Assembly: GCA_038997165.1 (NCBI GenBank)
Contig: JAWBAK010000001.1
Span: 1-64,000, forward strand
Source of the DNA: Candidatus Aenigmatarchaeota archaeon
GTDB lineage: Archaea > Aenigmatarchaeota > Aenigmatarchaeia > CG10238-14 > SpSt-28
Direction of reading: 5' to 3'
Length of the DNA: 64,000 nucleotides
Positions 19,665-28,848 of the stretch are shown here, piece after piece. Under the pieces are notes generated by a model that had not been told where the DNA came from, did no database searches, and saw only the letters and a list, made by a program, of their open reading frames with translations. The translations under genes and the position numbers were made by a program. Position 1 is the first letter of the stretch. The number at the start of each line of letters is the position of its first letter.

Positions 19665-20360
19665 TTACTTTCTTTTCTTCCAATATTTTGGTCCAATACT
19701 TCCAACTTTTAATGGCATTCTAGCAGAAGTTTGTCTAGATACTTTTGGTCTTTTACTTTTTCCTCCCCATGGATGATCTACTGCATTCATTTTAGTTGGA
19801 CTTACTATTGGCCATTTTTTATTTCTAGCTTTCATTGCATAATACTTTTTGCCAGCTTTTAAAAATGGTTTTTCATGTCTTCCATATCCAGCAGGCATTC
19901 CAATACTTGCTCTACATCTTACATCTAGTTCTATAATTTTTCCACTAGGTAATTGAATTTTTGCCATTTTCTCTGATTTACCTATTAAAATAGCATAGCT
20001 TCCAGCTGCTCTACATAATTTTGGTCCGCTGCCTGGAAATGTTTCTATTCCATATATTTTTGAACCATCTGGTATATCTTTTAACATCAATACGCTACCT
20101 AATGTTGGTTCTGCATTAAATGAAATTATATCTCCAGTTTTTATTCCATCTGGTGCTATTTGATAAAAAGTTTGACCATTATCTAATTTAATAATTGCAA
20201 TTGGTGCTGTTCTTTCAACAGTATGAATTATATCTACAACTTTTCCATAAATTTTATCAAATATTGGTGGATATACATAATCACAAAAAAATCTATGAGA
20301 TGGTGCTCTATATCTTGGTCCTCCTTTTCCTCTAGCTCTAATTATAGGTCTTTTTCCCAT
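19665..20360 (-). CDS. rpl2: 50S ribosomal protein L2 (uL2)
   Basis: MGKR...RGKG.P.YRAPSH, RAAGSYA, LPSG, KAG, MNAVDHP. Confidence 0.96.
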   Translation of the reverse strand: MGKRPIIRARGKGGPRYRAPSHRFFCDYVYPPIFDKIYGKVVDIIHTVERTAPIAIIKLDNGQTFYQIAPDGIKTGDIISFNAEPTLGSVLMLKDIPDGSKIYGIETFPGSGPKLCRAAGSYAILIGKSEKMAKIQLPSGKIIELDVRCRASIGMPAGYGRHEKPFLKAGKKYYAMKARNKKWPIVSPTKMNAVDHPWGGKSKRPKVSRQTSARMPLKVGSIGPKYWKKRK

Positions 20361-20391
20361 AGATAATATAAAGGAAATATTTAAAAATATT

Positions 20392-21105
20392 ATGACAAAA
20401 ATTCTATCTATAGCTGAAATACATTCTGAAACAGAAAACATTTTAGAATTTGTTTCTTGGCTAAATCAAAATGAAGTTTTTGATTTAGTAGTTTTTAATG
20501 GAGATTTATTAGGAAGTGATAATGATAATGAATTTATAGCAGAAACAATATTGGAAATTTTGAAAACTATGAATAAACCTATATTAACAATTCCTGGAAA
20601 TAATGATGGAAAAATTTTTGAAATATTTAAAAAATATTCAAATTTTATTCATAATAATTTTTTTGTTTTTAATAATATAGTATTTTTTGGATATGGTGGT
20701 GCAAGAACACCAATAAAATCAACTTCTTTAGAACCGAGTGAACAAGAATTTAAAGTATATTTAAATAATTTATATCAAAGGATTAAAGATTATCCAATAA
20801 AAATATTAGTTACTCATATGCCACCTAAGGATACAAGATTAGACTTGGTAGGAAATTCGCATGTAGGTAGTGAAGAAATTAGAAATTTTATATTAAAAAA
20901 TAAAGTTAATTTAGCAATTTGTGCACATATTATTGAAGCTAGAGGTTATGATTTGTTAGGAAATACAATTTTAATAAATCCTGGAAAATTTACAGAAGGA
21001 AATTATGCAATAATTGAAATAAAAAATGAAAAAAATATTGAATTCCAAATGAAAAATATTTTCCAAAAAAAAGTAAACGAACTAGATATTTGGTTAAAAA
21101 TTTAA
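20392..21105 (+). CDS. Icc-related metallophosphoesterase with altered metal ligands
   Basis: AEIH, NGDL, PGNND, THMPP, HVGS, AHIIE, INPG. Confidence 0.8.
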   Translation: MTKILSIAEIHSETENILEFVSWLNQNEVFDLVVFNGDLLGSDNDNEFIAETILEILKTMNKPILTIPGNNDGKIFEIFKKYSNFIHNNFFVFNNIVFFGYGGARTPIKSTSLEPSEQEFKVYLNNLYQRIKDYPIKILVTHMPPKDTRLDLVGNSHVGSEEIRNFILKNKVNLAICAHIIEARGYDLLGNTILINPGKFTEGNYAIIEIKNEKNIEFQMKNIFQKKVNELDIWLKI

Positions 21106-21323
21106 GTTTTTATAAATTCTTTATAACTTTTATTTTCTTTATCTAATTTTTTTTGACAATTTCTACAAATCATTTTCAATTCTCCTTTACCTTTCACTTT
21201 TACAAAACTTCCAAATGCATATTTTTCGATTATTTCTACTTTTCCATTTTCTAATTTGACTTTTGCAACTTCTCTATTACATACTATGCACTTATTATCA
21301 ACTTTTTTCCATTTTCTAACCAT
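21102..21323 (-). CDS. small zinc-finger protein
   Basis: CIVC...CRNC pairs. Confidence 0.65.
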   Translation of the reverse strand: MVRKWKKVDNKCIVCNREVAKVKLENGKVEIIEKYAFGSFVKVKGKGELKMICRNCQKKLDKENKSYKEFIKT

Positions 21324-21325
21324 TA

Positions 21326-21934
21326 TTATTCAAAATCTTTTATAATTTTTGAAGAGGTTGCACCTTCTTCGTTTATATATTTAGAAGTTTTTCTTTTATA
21401 ATAAGGCATTTCTACATCATTAACTTCAAAAAAAGAAATTTGAGCAATTTTCATCAATGGTCTTAAAATTATTGGTTTTTTGTTTGTATTAAACATTTCT
21501 AGCGTTAAATGTCCAGAATATCCAGGATCTACCCAACCTGCTGATGTATGAATTATTAGGCCAAGTCTCGCAAATGAGCTTCTACCTTGAATTTGAGCGG
21601 CAATATTATCGCTTAATTTAATATATTCATAAATAGAAGCCAAAACAAACTCATATGGATGAATAACAAAAATTGAATTTTCGTTTTTTAATTGAAATAA
21701 ATCAGTATATTTATAGTGGTAAACTATATAATTTTCGTTTTCTTCTTTACCAATTAATTCATCGTTAAAACTTTTAGGATCTATATAAGCATCTCCAATA
21801 TTTTTAAAAACTCTAAATTTAAAACCAAGTCTTAAATCATAACTAGAAGGTCCAACTTGAGATTCTTCAAATGGAGTAATTATAATTTTTCCTTGTTTTA
21901 CATATTCTTTTATTTTTTTATCGGAAAGCAACAT
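21326..21934 (-). CDS. dcd: dCTP deaminase
   Basis: SYDLRLG, GRSS.ARLG, AGWVDPGYSG.LTLE. Confidence 0.95.
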   Translation of the reverse strand: MLLSDKKIKEYVKQGKIIITPFEESQVGPSSYDLRLGFKFRVFKNIGDAYIDPKSFNDELIGKEENENYIVYHYKYTDLFQLKNENSIFVIHPYEFVLASIYEYIKLSDNIAAQIQGRSSFARLGLIIHTSAGWVDPGYSGHLTLEMFNTNKKPIILRPLMKIAQISFFEVNDVEMPYYKRKTSKYINEEGATSSKIIKDFE

Positions 21935-21936
21935 AT

Positions 21937-22671
21937 TTATGAATGAACAATTTCCCTTAATTCTTTTAATAACTCTACAGCTTCTTTATCTTCTCTTTGC
22001 CATATATTTCTACCAACAGCTATTCCAGAAGCACCAGCTTGCATAATTTCTTTTACTACTTCTATAAATTTTTCTTCCTCAATTAATTTTCCTCCAGCAA
22101 CTACTATAGGTCTAAAACAATTTTTTATAACTTTTGAAAAAGTTTCTTTTGAGCCTGTATAATAAGTTTTAATTATATCTGCATTTAATTCGCATCCTAA
22201 TCTTGCAGAATACGAAATTGCTTCATAACTATATCTATCAAATTTTTTAGTTCTAGGATAAAAAAAGCCAGTAACTAATAATTTGTTTCTTAAAGCAATT
22301 TCCTTTACTTTTACAAAATTTTCAATCATTTTACTTTCATTATTTGAACCTACATAAATTGTAGCAGCTAAACCAACTAAATTAAATTTTTTCTTTAATT
22401 TTTTTATCTCCTCTTCGCTTACAAAAATAGTTTGAATTTGAAAATCTTCTTCGACTAAATCTGTTTTTCCAGTAATCTTTAAAATTAGTGGAATTTTTGG
22501 TTTTGAATAATAAACAGAACCTATGTGCATTATTATTGCATCTACTTTTCCTTTTTTTGCAATATTTACAATTCTTTTTGGATCTAAATTAACATTTTCA
22601 TAGATATGAACTCCATGCTCTACACAATGATCAAAAGCTAAAAATAAGTATTTATTATCTTTAGTAAGCAT
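21937..22671 (-). CDS. class I aldolase, DhnA/fructose-bisphosphate aldolase family
   Basis: AFDH.VEHG, YPR, ADIIKTYY, AGG, GRNIWQ. Confidence 0.9.
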   Translation of the reverse strand: MLTKDNKYLFLAFDHCVEHGVHIYENVNLDPKRIVNIAKKGKVDAIIMHIGSVYYSKPKIPLILKITGKTDLVEEDFQIQTIFVSEEEIKKLKKKFNLVGLAATIYVGSNNESKMIENFVKVKEIALRNKLLVTGFFYPRTKKFDRYSYEAISYSARLGCELNADIIKTYYTGSKETFSKVIKNCFRPIVVAGGKLIEEEKFIEVVKEIMQAGASGIAVGRNIWQREDKEAVELLKELREIVHS

Positions 22672-22679
22672 AAAATAAA

Positions 22680-22922
22680 TTAATCTATAAAGATTCTTGT
22701 AATTTTTTCTATTTCATAGCTAACGTTTAAATTGTTTAAAACTTCTTCTATTTTTTCCAATTCTCCAGCCTCATCACTAATTATTTTTTCTAAATAAAGA
22801 GCTTCTATTCCAAAAACAAAAGGTTTCTTATAGTATTTTTCTGGTTTAATCTTTTCTATAATTTCTTTTTCTTGATTTTCATTTTCACTTATGACTCTTA
22901 TAGTAACTAATACTTTTCCCAT
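22680..22922 (-). CDS. ef1b: elongation factor 1-beta
   Basis: MGKVLV..RV and PFVFGI.AL; conserved position after the DUF1610 gene. Confidence 0.85.
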   Translation of the reverse strand: MGKVLVTIRVISENENQEKEIIEKIKPEKYYKKPFVFGIEALYLEKIISDEAGELEKIEEVLNNLNVSYEIEKITRIFID

Positions 22923-22924
22923 AT

Positions 22925-23089
22925 TTAAGGTCCTTTAAATCCGCACTTTGGACATATATATTCAACTATAGAATTTTTACAACTTTTGCATCTTATTATT
23001 TCTGCCTCTAAACAATTTGGACAAACAAATCTGCTAAAATTTTCTCCACTAACTATTTTTGTATTACAAGATGAGCAAGTTAATACCAT
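22925..23089 (-). CDS. Zn-ribbon protein (DUF1610/HVO_2753 family), 54 aa
   Basis: Manual translation MVLTCSSC...FVCPNC...RCKSC...YICPKCGFKGP; not in the ORF track. Confidence 0.92.
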   Translation of the reverse strand: MVLTCSSCNTKIVSGENFSRFVCPNCLEAEIIRCKSCKNSIVEYICPKCGFKGP

Positions 23090-23114
23090 TTTAATTATTA
23101 TAATTTAAAAATAT

Positions 23115-23537
23115 TTATTTTATTCCAGAGCTTCCAAATCCACTATTACCTCTTTCTGTTTCACTCAATTCCTCTACTTCTTTTACGTTACATTTTAAAT
23201 AGGGTAAAATTAAAAGTTGTGCAACTCTAGAATATTTTTCTAAAAAAATTTTTTCTTTTCCTAAATTTATTAAAACTATTTTTACTTCTCCTCTATAATT
23301 TTCATCTATTACTCCAGCTAATACATGTAATCCTTTGGTTGCTAATCCGCTTCTATCTTTTATTATTCCAACATAACCTTTTGGAATTTCAATTGCAATT
23401 CCAGTAGAAACTAATTTTATTTCATTAGGATTAATTTCAATATCTTCTATTGAATATAAATCCAAACCAGCATCTCCTTCTCTTTTTCTTTCTGGTAATT
23501 TTGCATTTTCATTTAATCTTTTAACTTTTAGTTCCAT
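23115..23537 (-). CDS. dut: dUTPase
   Basis: AGLDL, RSG, GVID..YRGE, RVAQL, RG..GFGSSG. Confidence 0.96.
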   Translation of the reverse strand: MELKVKRLNENAKLPERKREGDAGLDLYSIEDIEINPNEIKLVSTGIAIEIPKGYVGIIKDRSGLATKGLHVLAGVIDENYRGEVKIVLINLGKEKIFLEKYSRVAQLLILPYLKCNVKEVEELSETERGNSGFGSSGIK

Positions 23538-23551
23538 TAATTAATTTAACT

Positions 23552-23959
23552 CTATTTATATTTCATTAAATCTTTTATTAAACTTTCAAAACCATATCTC
23601 TCAAAGAATTTAAATATTATTCTTCTAGCTATTTCTTTCATATCTTCTTTAGGAAAATAAACAACTGGATTTGTCCTATCAATTTTTTTTAATAAACCGA
23701 GTTTTACTAAAGTGTTTAATCTTTTTCTTAAACCTTCTAATGTTAAACTTATTTGATGTTGAATTTTTAGTTCGCTATGTAAAAAAGGTAAACAATATGG
23801 TTGAGTATCACCTGGAAATTCTTTTCCAGTTAAATAAAATTTTTTCAAAATTAATACATCTATAAAATCTATTCTTTCTAATATTTGTCTAATAAAAATT
23901 TCACTTAATTGAGAATGTGTTGATAATTCTATTTTTTCATCTTTTAAAATTTTTTCCAT
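23552..23959 (-). CDS. putative winged-helix DNA-binding protein
   Basis: LRKRLNTLVKLGLL helix-wing pattern; start moved to MEKILK to avoid overlapping rpp21. Confidence 0.6.
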   Translation of the reverse strand: MEKILKDEKIELSTHSQLSEIFIRQILERIDFIDVLILKKFYLTGKEFPGDTQPYCLPFLHSELKIQHQISLTLEGLRKRLNTLVKLGLLKKIDRTNPVVYFPKEDMKEIARRIIFKFFERYGFESLIKDLMKYK

Positions 23960-24002
23960 AATATTCTTACGAATAAATAAAGATATTCTTTTCTTTTGTT
24001 TT

Positions 24003-24323
24003 ATGAAAAAATTGCGAACTTTATACAAAAAAATTGCAAAAGAAAGAATTAAAATTCTATTAAAATTAGCTTTTGAAAAAGTTAAAGAAAAAGATTTTGA
24101 ACTCGCAAAAAGATATGTAGAGCTTGCAAGAAAAATTGCATTAAGAACAAATTTTAGATTAAAAAAATTAAAGAGACTCTTTTGCAAAAAATGTAATATT
24201 CCATTAGTTTATGGATTAACAGCAAGAGTTAGATTAAATAAATATCACAAAACAATTAATGTTACATGTTTAAATTGTAATTTTACCAAAAGATATCCAT
24301 ATAAACCAAAAAAAGAAAATTAA
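24003..24323 (+). CDS. rnp4: RNase P protein component 4 (Rpp21)
   Basis: IAKERI..L, A.RYV.LA, FCKKC, RVRL, CLNC, RYP. Confidence 0.95.
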   Translation: MKKLRTLYKKIAKERIKILLKLAFEKVKEKDFELAKRYVELARKIALRTNFRLKKLKRLFCKKCNIPLVYGLTARVRLNKYHKTINVTCLNCNFTKRYPYKPKKEN

Positions 24324-24326
24324 AAA

Positions 24327-24674
24327 TTAGCCAGGAGGCCAACTCAATTTTCTACCAGCAATTAAATGCAAATGTAAATGAAAAATGCTTTGACCAGCAT
24401 CTTTTCCTACGTTAAAAATTAACCTATAACCTTTTTCATAATTGTTTATTCCTAATTTTTCTGCAATTTTCCTAGCAATAAAAAACATGTAACCAACAAT
24501 TTCTATATCATCTTCTTTTATTTCTTGAATTCCTGTAATATGCTTTTTCGGAATTATTAATAAATGAATTGGAGCTTGTGGATTTATATCTTTAAAAACT
24601 AAAACTTTTTCATCTTCATAAACTATTTCAGTTGGTTTTTTTCTTTCTATTATTTCACAAAAAATACAATTCAT
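24327..24674 (-). CDS. HIT family nucleotide-binding protein
   Basis: CIFC, DINPQAP.H, AGQSIFHLHLH, WPPG. Confidence 0.95.
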   Translation of the reverse strand: MNCIFCEIIERKKPTEIVYEDEKVLVFKDINPQAPIHLLIIPKKHITGIQEIKEDDIEIVGYMFFIARKIAEKLGINNYEKGYRLIFNVGKDAGQSIFHLHLHLIAGRKLSWPPG

Positions 24675-24937
24675 AAATTATTAATTAAATCCTCTAAATA
24701 TTTTGAAAGTTTATTAATTAGCGCTTTTTTTGCTTTTTCAATTTTTTCTAAATCTTCGTCTTTTTTTGCATTTTTTTCTGCAATTAAAATACTATAAACT
24801 GCAATATAATTTTCAAGCCAAAATAAAGCTTTTTTATAATACTTTAATTTTTCATTTATATCTAAACTTTCTTCTGCTAATTTTTTAAATTCTAAGTAAT
24901 TTTCACTACATAGTGATAATGTATTTTCTAATGTCAT
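24671..24937 (-). CDS. hypothetical protein
   Basis: ORF coupled to the HIT gene; likely start MTLENT. Confidence 0.55.
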   Translation of the reverse strand: MTLENTLSLCSENYLEFKKLAEESLDINEKLKYYKKALFWLENYIAVYSILIAEKNAKKDEDLEKIEKAKKALINKLSKYLEDLINNL

Positions 24938-24998
24938 AAAGTTATTATTAAAAGGTAATAATATATAGATTTTAATGATTATCATCGTTAATTAAATT

Positions 24999-25637
24999 AT
25001 GAAGTTAGAAAAAATTTTGAAAATAATGGAGAAAGAAGCTTTAAAATTAAATGCTCCAATATTTAAAAAATATGAAATAGTTGATAAAGATCCATTTAAA
25101 ATTTCTATTTTTGCAATATTAAGTACGAGAACAAAAGATTCAACTACAATAAATGTTTGCAAAAGATTATTTGAAAAAGTTAAAAATTTTAAAGATTTAA
25201 TAAAAATAGATCAAAAAGAATTGGAAAATTTGCTTTATGGTGTTGGATTTTATAGAAAGAAGGCAAAAATTCTTAAAGAATTTGCAAAAGAAATTTTGGA
25301 AAAATTTGAAGGAAAAATTCCAAAAAATCTAGAAGAACTAATAAAACTTCCAGGTATAGGAAATAAGGTTGCTAAAGTTATTTTAAATGAATTATATAAT
25401 TTACCATATGTTGCTGTAGATACTCATGTACATAGAATTTCTAATAGAATTGGAATAGTAAATACCAAAAATATTAAAGAAACAGAAAGAATTTTAGAAA
25501 AAATTATACCAAATAAGTTAAAAATAAAATATAATAGAATTTTGGTTGCATATGGTCAAACTATTTGTTTACCTAAGAATCCTCTATGTAAAAAATGTAA
25601 AATAAGGAGATATTGCAAGTTTTATATTAACAGGTAA
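24999..25637 (+). CDS. nth: endonuclease III
   Basis: HhH LPGIG.K.A, VDTHVHR, C-x6-C-x2-C-x5-C Fe-S motif. Confidence 0.95.
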   Translation: MKLEKILKIMEKEALKLNAPIFKKYEIVDKDPFKISIFAILSTRTKDSTTINVCKRLFEKVKNFKDLIKIDQKELENLLYGVGFYRKKAKILKEFAKEILEKFEGKIPKNLEELIKLPGIGNKVAKVILNELYNLPYVAVDTHVHRISNRIGIVNTKNIKETERILEKIIPNKLKIKYNRILVAYGQTICLPKNPLCKKCKIRRYCKFYINR

Positions 25638-26064
25638 TCATAAAATCTGTTGCTTTTCCTGCATATACTATTTGACCCCTATAAGTTCTTCCCGCTTGTG
25701 GTGTTTGATTTCCAGCAGTATTAGGATCTACATCATTAATTAAAATCCAAAAAGATACACCAGGATCTATATTTGTTAGAGCAGTTGCTTTATCTTCTGC
25801 ATTAATAGTTCTAGCCGCTATTAAACCCCCACCCACAAAAACTCTTATTTCAGCGGCTGGTATTGTTGTAGTTCCAACATTTGTTGCTAAAACTTCTAAT
25901 CTTTGTCCTACTACACAATTTACAGTTCCTACCTGTATTGTACCCGCTGTTTGTCTTGTGACCATTCCACTTATAAAAAAGTATGCAACCCCTATTAAAC
26001 CAACTACAATTACTACCATTAAAAGCATCGCTAAAACTTCACTTATTGCTTTTTTTGCTACCAT
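25627..26064 (-). CDS. archaeal type IV pilin (probable major pilin)
   Basis: Class III signal KKA/ISEVLAMLLMVVIVV; Gly/Ala/Thr/Val-rich head with ATNVGT. Confidence 0.88.
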   Translation of the reverse strand: MVAKKAISEVLAMLLMVVIVVGLIGVAYFFISGMVTRQTAGTIQVGTVNCVVGQRLEVLATNVGTTTIPAAEIRVFVGGGLIAARTINAEDKATALTNIDPGVSFWILINDVDPNTAGNQTPQAGRTYRGQIVYAGKATDFMITC

Positions 26065-26101
26065 AAATTTATTATAAAAATAGAATATATATTTAACGCT
26101 T

Positions 26102-27139
26102 TTAGCTCGATAGCTTTACTGTCCATGAATTAAATTCATCATAAAATCCTTGATTAAAATTTGAAAGGGTTTGACCATAAGGTTTTTCATATACTAACAT
26201 TCCTTCTAAAGGATTAGAAGAAGAAGAAGTAAAAGCATAAAATCTATGTCTATATCCGCCTTTGGCTAAATGAACAGCAATTCTATAAGTATTATCAGGT
26301 AATATAGTTACTCTTACTACATGATCTTTCCAATCATCTAGAGAGCTGGGAGGAGAAAAGGGATTAAATAAATCTTCCCAAAAAATAAGCATATCATCTA
26401 AGGCATTTTCTATAGGATACATTCTAAATCTAAAAGTTCCATGAGGATCTGTCCAATTTAAAATCCAAACATCATTTAAATTAGGATTTTTAAAAATTAT
26501 AATTGGTGAATCTATAGGTCTATTATTCCAATTACTCCAAGATGTTTGAATTGTAAAATTATATAAACCAATATATATTGGTATATCTCCTTCATAAGGA
26601 CCTTGTTCTGCAATTAAATCTCCGTTAGTGCTTCTATATATTGAATATTTACCAAAAACATAGTCTATTACTACCCAATGTGGAGAAGAATATGCAACCA
26701 AACTTAAATTTCTAAATTCTAAAGGTATAAAAAACGATTCTAAATTTCCACATTCATTCCTTAAAGATATTTTAATTCCTCCTCCATAAGAAGATATTAA
26801 AAGTTCATTAATCTCTCTTTCAGTTAAAAAAGCTAAAGGAAAGATTATTTCAAAATAATTTTCATAGCCTATAAAATTATAAAAATCTTCTCTCAAAAAT
26901 TTTCCATTTAAAAATATCTTAATTTCATTTTTTGTCAAATTAGCTTTTCCTGAATACTCTATTAATACTCTTACTATTCCTTCTTTACAATCAATAATGG
27001 GTTTATAAAAAGATGTTAAAACAACTTTGGGTGTTAATGAATAAATAAAAAACGAAATAAAACCTAATATCGAAATTATTATAACTATCATTAAAAGAGG
27101 TGTTAAAGGAATAGAGAATAATTTAAATTTTTGTTTCAT
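26102..27139 (-). CDS. pilin-like/secreted protein upstream of the pilin
   Basis: N-terminal hydrophobic helix; Trp/Asp-rich C domain (FWEDL...DDWKDHVVRV). Confidence 0.55.
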   Translation of the reverse strand: MKQKFKLFSIPLTPLLMIVIIISILGFISFFIYSLTPKVVLTSFYKPIIDCKEGIVRVLIEYSGKANLTKNEIKIFLNGKFLREDFYNFIGYENYFEIIFPLAFLTEREINELLISSYGGGIKISLRNECGNLESFFIPLEFRNLSLVAYSSPHWVVIDYVFGKYSIYRSTNGDLIAEQGPYEGDIPIYIGLYNFTIQTSWSNWNNRPIDSPIIIFKNPNLNDVWILNWTDPHGTFRFRMYPIENALDDMLIFWEDLFNPFSPPSSLDDWKDHVVRVTILPDNTYRIAVHLAKGGYRHRFYAFTSSSSNPLEGMLVYEKPYGQTLSNFNQGFYDEFNSWTVKLSS

Positions 27140-27151
27140 AAATATATTTTA

Positions 27152-27706
27152 ATGTTCAAAATTTTAAAAATAAAAGATGTTATAGAAATGCAGCCAAAAA
27201 ATTTAGGAAAGAATTTAAGAGATTCATTACTCAAAACAGTAAAAGAAAAATTAGAAAATTCTGTAACAAGATATGGCATTATATTAAAAGTTTTAAACTT
27301 AGTAGAACATTCTGAAGGAAAATTAATTCCACTAAATCAAAACATTTATTTTGAGGTTGTAATAGAATGTTTAGCTTATATTCCAGAAGTTGGAGAAATT
27401 GTTTATGGTAAAGTTATAGACGCTAATAAAAATGGTGCAATAATAAGAATTGGTGCTTTAGATGCTTTTTGTCATATAAGTCAAATAACAGATGATTACA
27501 TGAGTTTTGATGAAAAAAATAAAATATTTTTAGCAAAAAATTCTAAAAAAACTTTAAAAATCGATGATGAAGTTATTGCAAGAATAATTTCTGTAAGTTT
27601 TGAGCAAAATATGTTTAAAGTAGGTTTGACAATGAGACAACCTGGATTAGGAAATATAAAATGGATTGAAAAAGAAAAAAAGATAAAAAAAGAAGATAAA
27701 AAATAA
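27152..27706 (+). CDS. rpo7: RNA polymerase subunit Rpo7 (E')
   Basis: S1 domain GEIV.G.V, HISQI.DD, LTMRQPGLG. Confidence 0.95.
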   Translation: MFKILKIKDVIEMQPKNLGKNLRDSLLKTVKEKLENSVTRYGIILKVLNLVEHSEGKLIPLNQNIYFEVVIECLAYIPEVGEIVYGKVIDANKNGAIIRIGALDAFCHISQITDDYMSFDEKNKIFLAKNSKKTLKIDDEVIARIISVSFEQNMFKVGLTMRQPGLGNIKWIEKEKKIKKEDKK

Positions 27707-27708
27707 AA

Positions 27709-27900
27709 ATGGTAAAAATTGTTTTAGCTTGTAAAAATTGTAGAACAATAACAATGGAAAAAGAGTGCCCAAGATGTAAATCAAAAGATTTAACAAAAAA
27801 TTGGAAAGGTTATATTTACGTTATTGATGCTGAAAAAAGTGAAGTAGCAAAATTTATGAATTTGAATTCAAGAGGTAAATATGCAATAACTGTAATTTAA
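27709..27900 (+). CDS. spt4: transcription elongation factor Spt4
   Basis: ACKNC, CPRC, W.G, SEVAK, GKYA. Confidence 0.94.
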   Translation: MVKIVLACKNCRTITMEKECPRCKSKDLTKNWKGYIYVIDAEKSEVAKFMNLNSRGKYAITVI

Positions 27901-27936
27901 AGTTTAAATAATTTTTTCTTAACTTATAATTGAAAT

Positions 27937-28161
27937 ATGGAAATAAAAATTATTCAAGAAAAAAACAATCCTTTGCTAAAAAGAAAAGAGTTATTATTAG
28001 AAATAGATCATAGCAACAAAGCTACTCCAAGTAGAGAAGAATTGGCAAATGAAATATCTAAAATGTTTAATGTCGAAAAAGAAAAAATTGTTATAGACTA
28101 TATACTCTCTATAAGAGGTTATTCAAAATCTAAAGCAAAAATAAAAATTTATGAAAAATAA
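27937..28161 (+). CDS. rps24e: 30S ribosomal protein S24e
   Basis: NPLLKRKE, ATPSR, KIY. Confidence 0.93.
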   Translation: MEIKIIQEKNNPLLKRKELLLEIDHSNKATPSREELANEISKMFNVEKEKIVIDYILSIRGYSKSKAKIKIYEK

Positions 28162-28164
28162 AAA

Positions 28165-28326
28165 ATGAAACATAAAACAGTTCAAATACATAAGCTTTAT
28201 AAAATAGAGAATGATAAAATAATAAGATTAAGAAAACTTTGCCCAAAATGCGGAAGTTTTTTGGGCGAGCATAAAGATAGAAGATATTGTGGAAAATGTC
28301 ATTATCTAGAGTTTAAAACTCAGTAA
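28165..28326 (+). CDS. rps27ae: 30S ribosomal protein S27ae (eS31)
   Basis: Manual translation ...CPKCGSFLGEHKDRRYCGKC; follows rps24e; not in the ORF track. Confidence 0.95.
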   Translation: MKHKTVQIHKLYKIENDKIIRLRKLCPKCGSFLGEHKDRRYCGKCHYLEFKTQ

Positions 28327-28329
28327 TTT

Positions 28330-28848
28330 TTAAATTTCATAAAGATAACAATAAAAATGTCCTGTTTTAATTTTTTTCTTATATTTTAAATTCGGAAATT
28401 TATGTGCAGCACTAACAATTCTTACATTTTTACATTCTTTTATAATTTTTTCTTCCAATTTTTTCATTACTCCAAAATTTAAATAGAGAGTTATAACTGT
28501 TGCTTTAGAGAGATCTTCCTTAAAGAAATCTTTCCATTTAACTTCTATTTTATCTTCAAGTTTCGAAATTTTATTTAAAATTTTTGATATTAGAAATAAT
28601 ATTAACGATTTTTCAATTCCAATTGCCTTTTTTATTTTAAATTCTTTTACAGCAATTCTTAAAACTCTTCCATCTCCGCTACCTAAATCATATAGCACAT
28701 CTTTTCTATTCACTTTAGCCAGTTTTAACATTTTTCTTATTGTATTCTTAGGTAATGGAAAATATATTGCTTGTCCCCTTATTAAGTCTATTAAAATCTT
28801 AAATAAATAAACAATTATCAAAATATAAACGATATCAATCAAATTCAT
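28330..28848 (-). CDS. class I SAM methyltransferase (FAM173/aKMT-like) with N-terminal TM
   Basis: YDLGSGDGR, GIE, DFF..DLS.ATV. Confidence 0.85.
   Translation of the reverse strand: MNLIDIVYILIIVYLFKILIDLIRGQAIYFPLPKNTIRKMLKLAKVNRKDVLYDLGSGDGRVLRIAVKEFKIKKAIGIEKSLILFLISKILNKISKLEDKIEVKWKDFFKEDLSKATVITLYLNFGVMKKLEEKIIKECKNVRIVSAAHKFPNLKYKKKIKTGHFYCYLYEI

Noticed and set aside
19627..24187. N-terminal extensions of lysS, rpl2 and the 23552 ORF as given in the track
   Set aside because: They overlap neighbouring genes; downstream ATGs fit the family N-termini or the gene spacing
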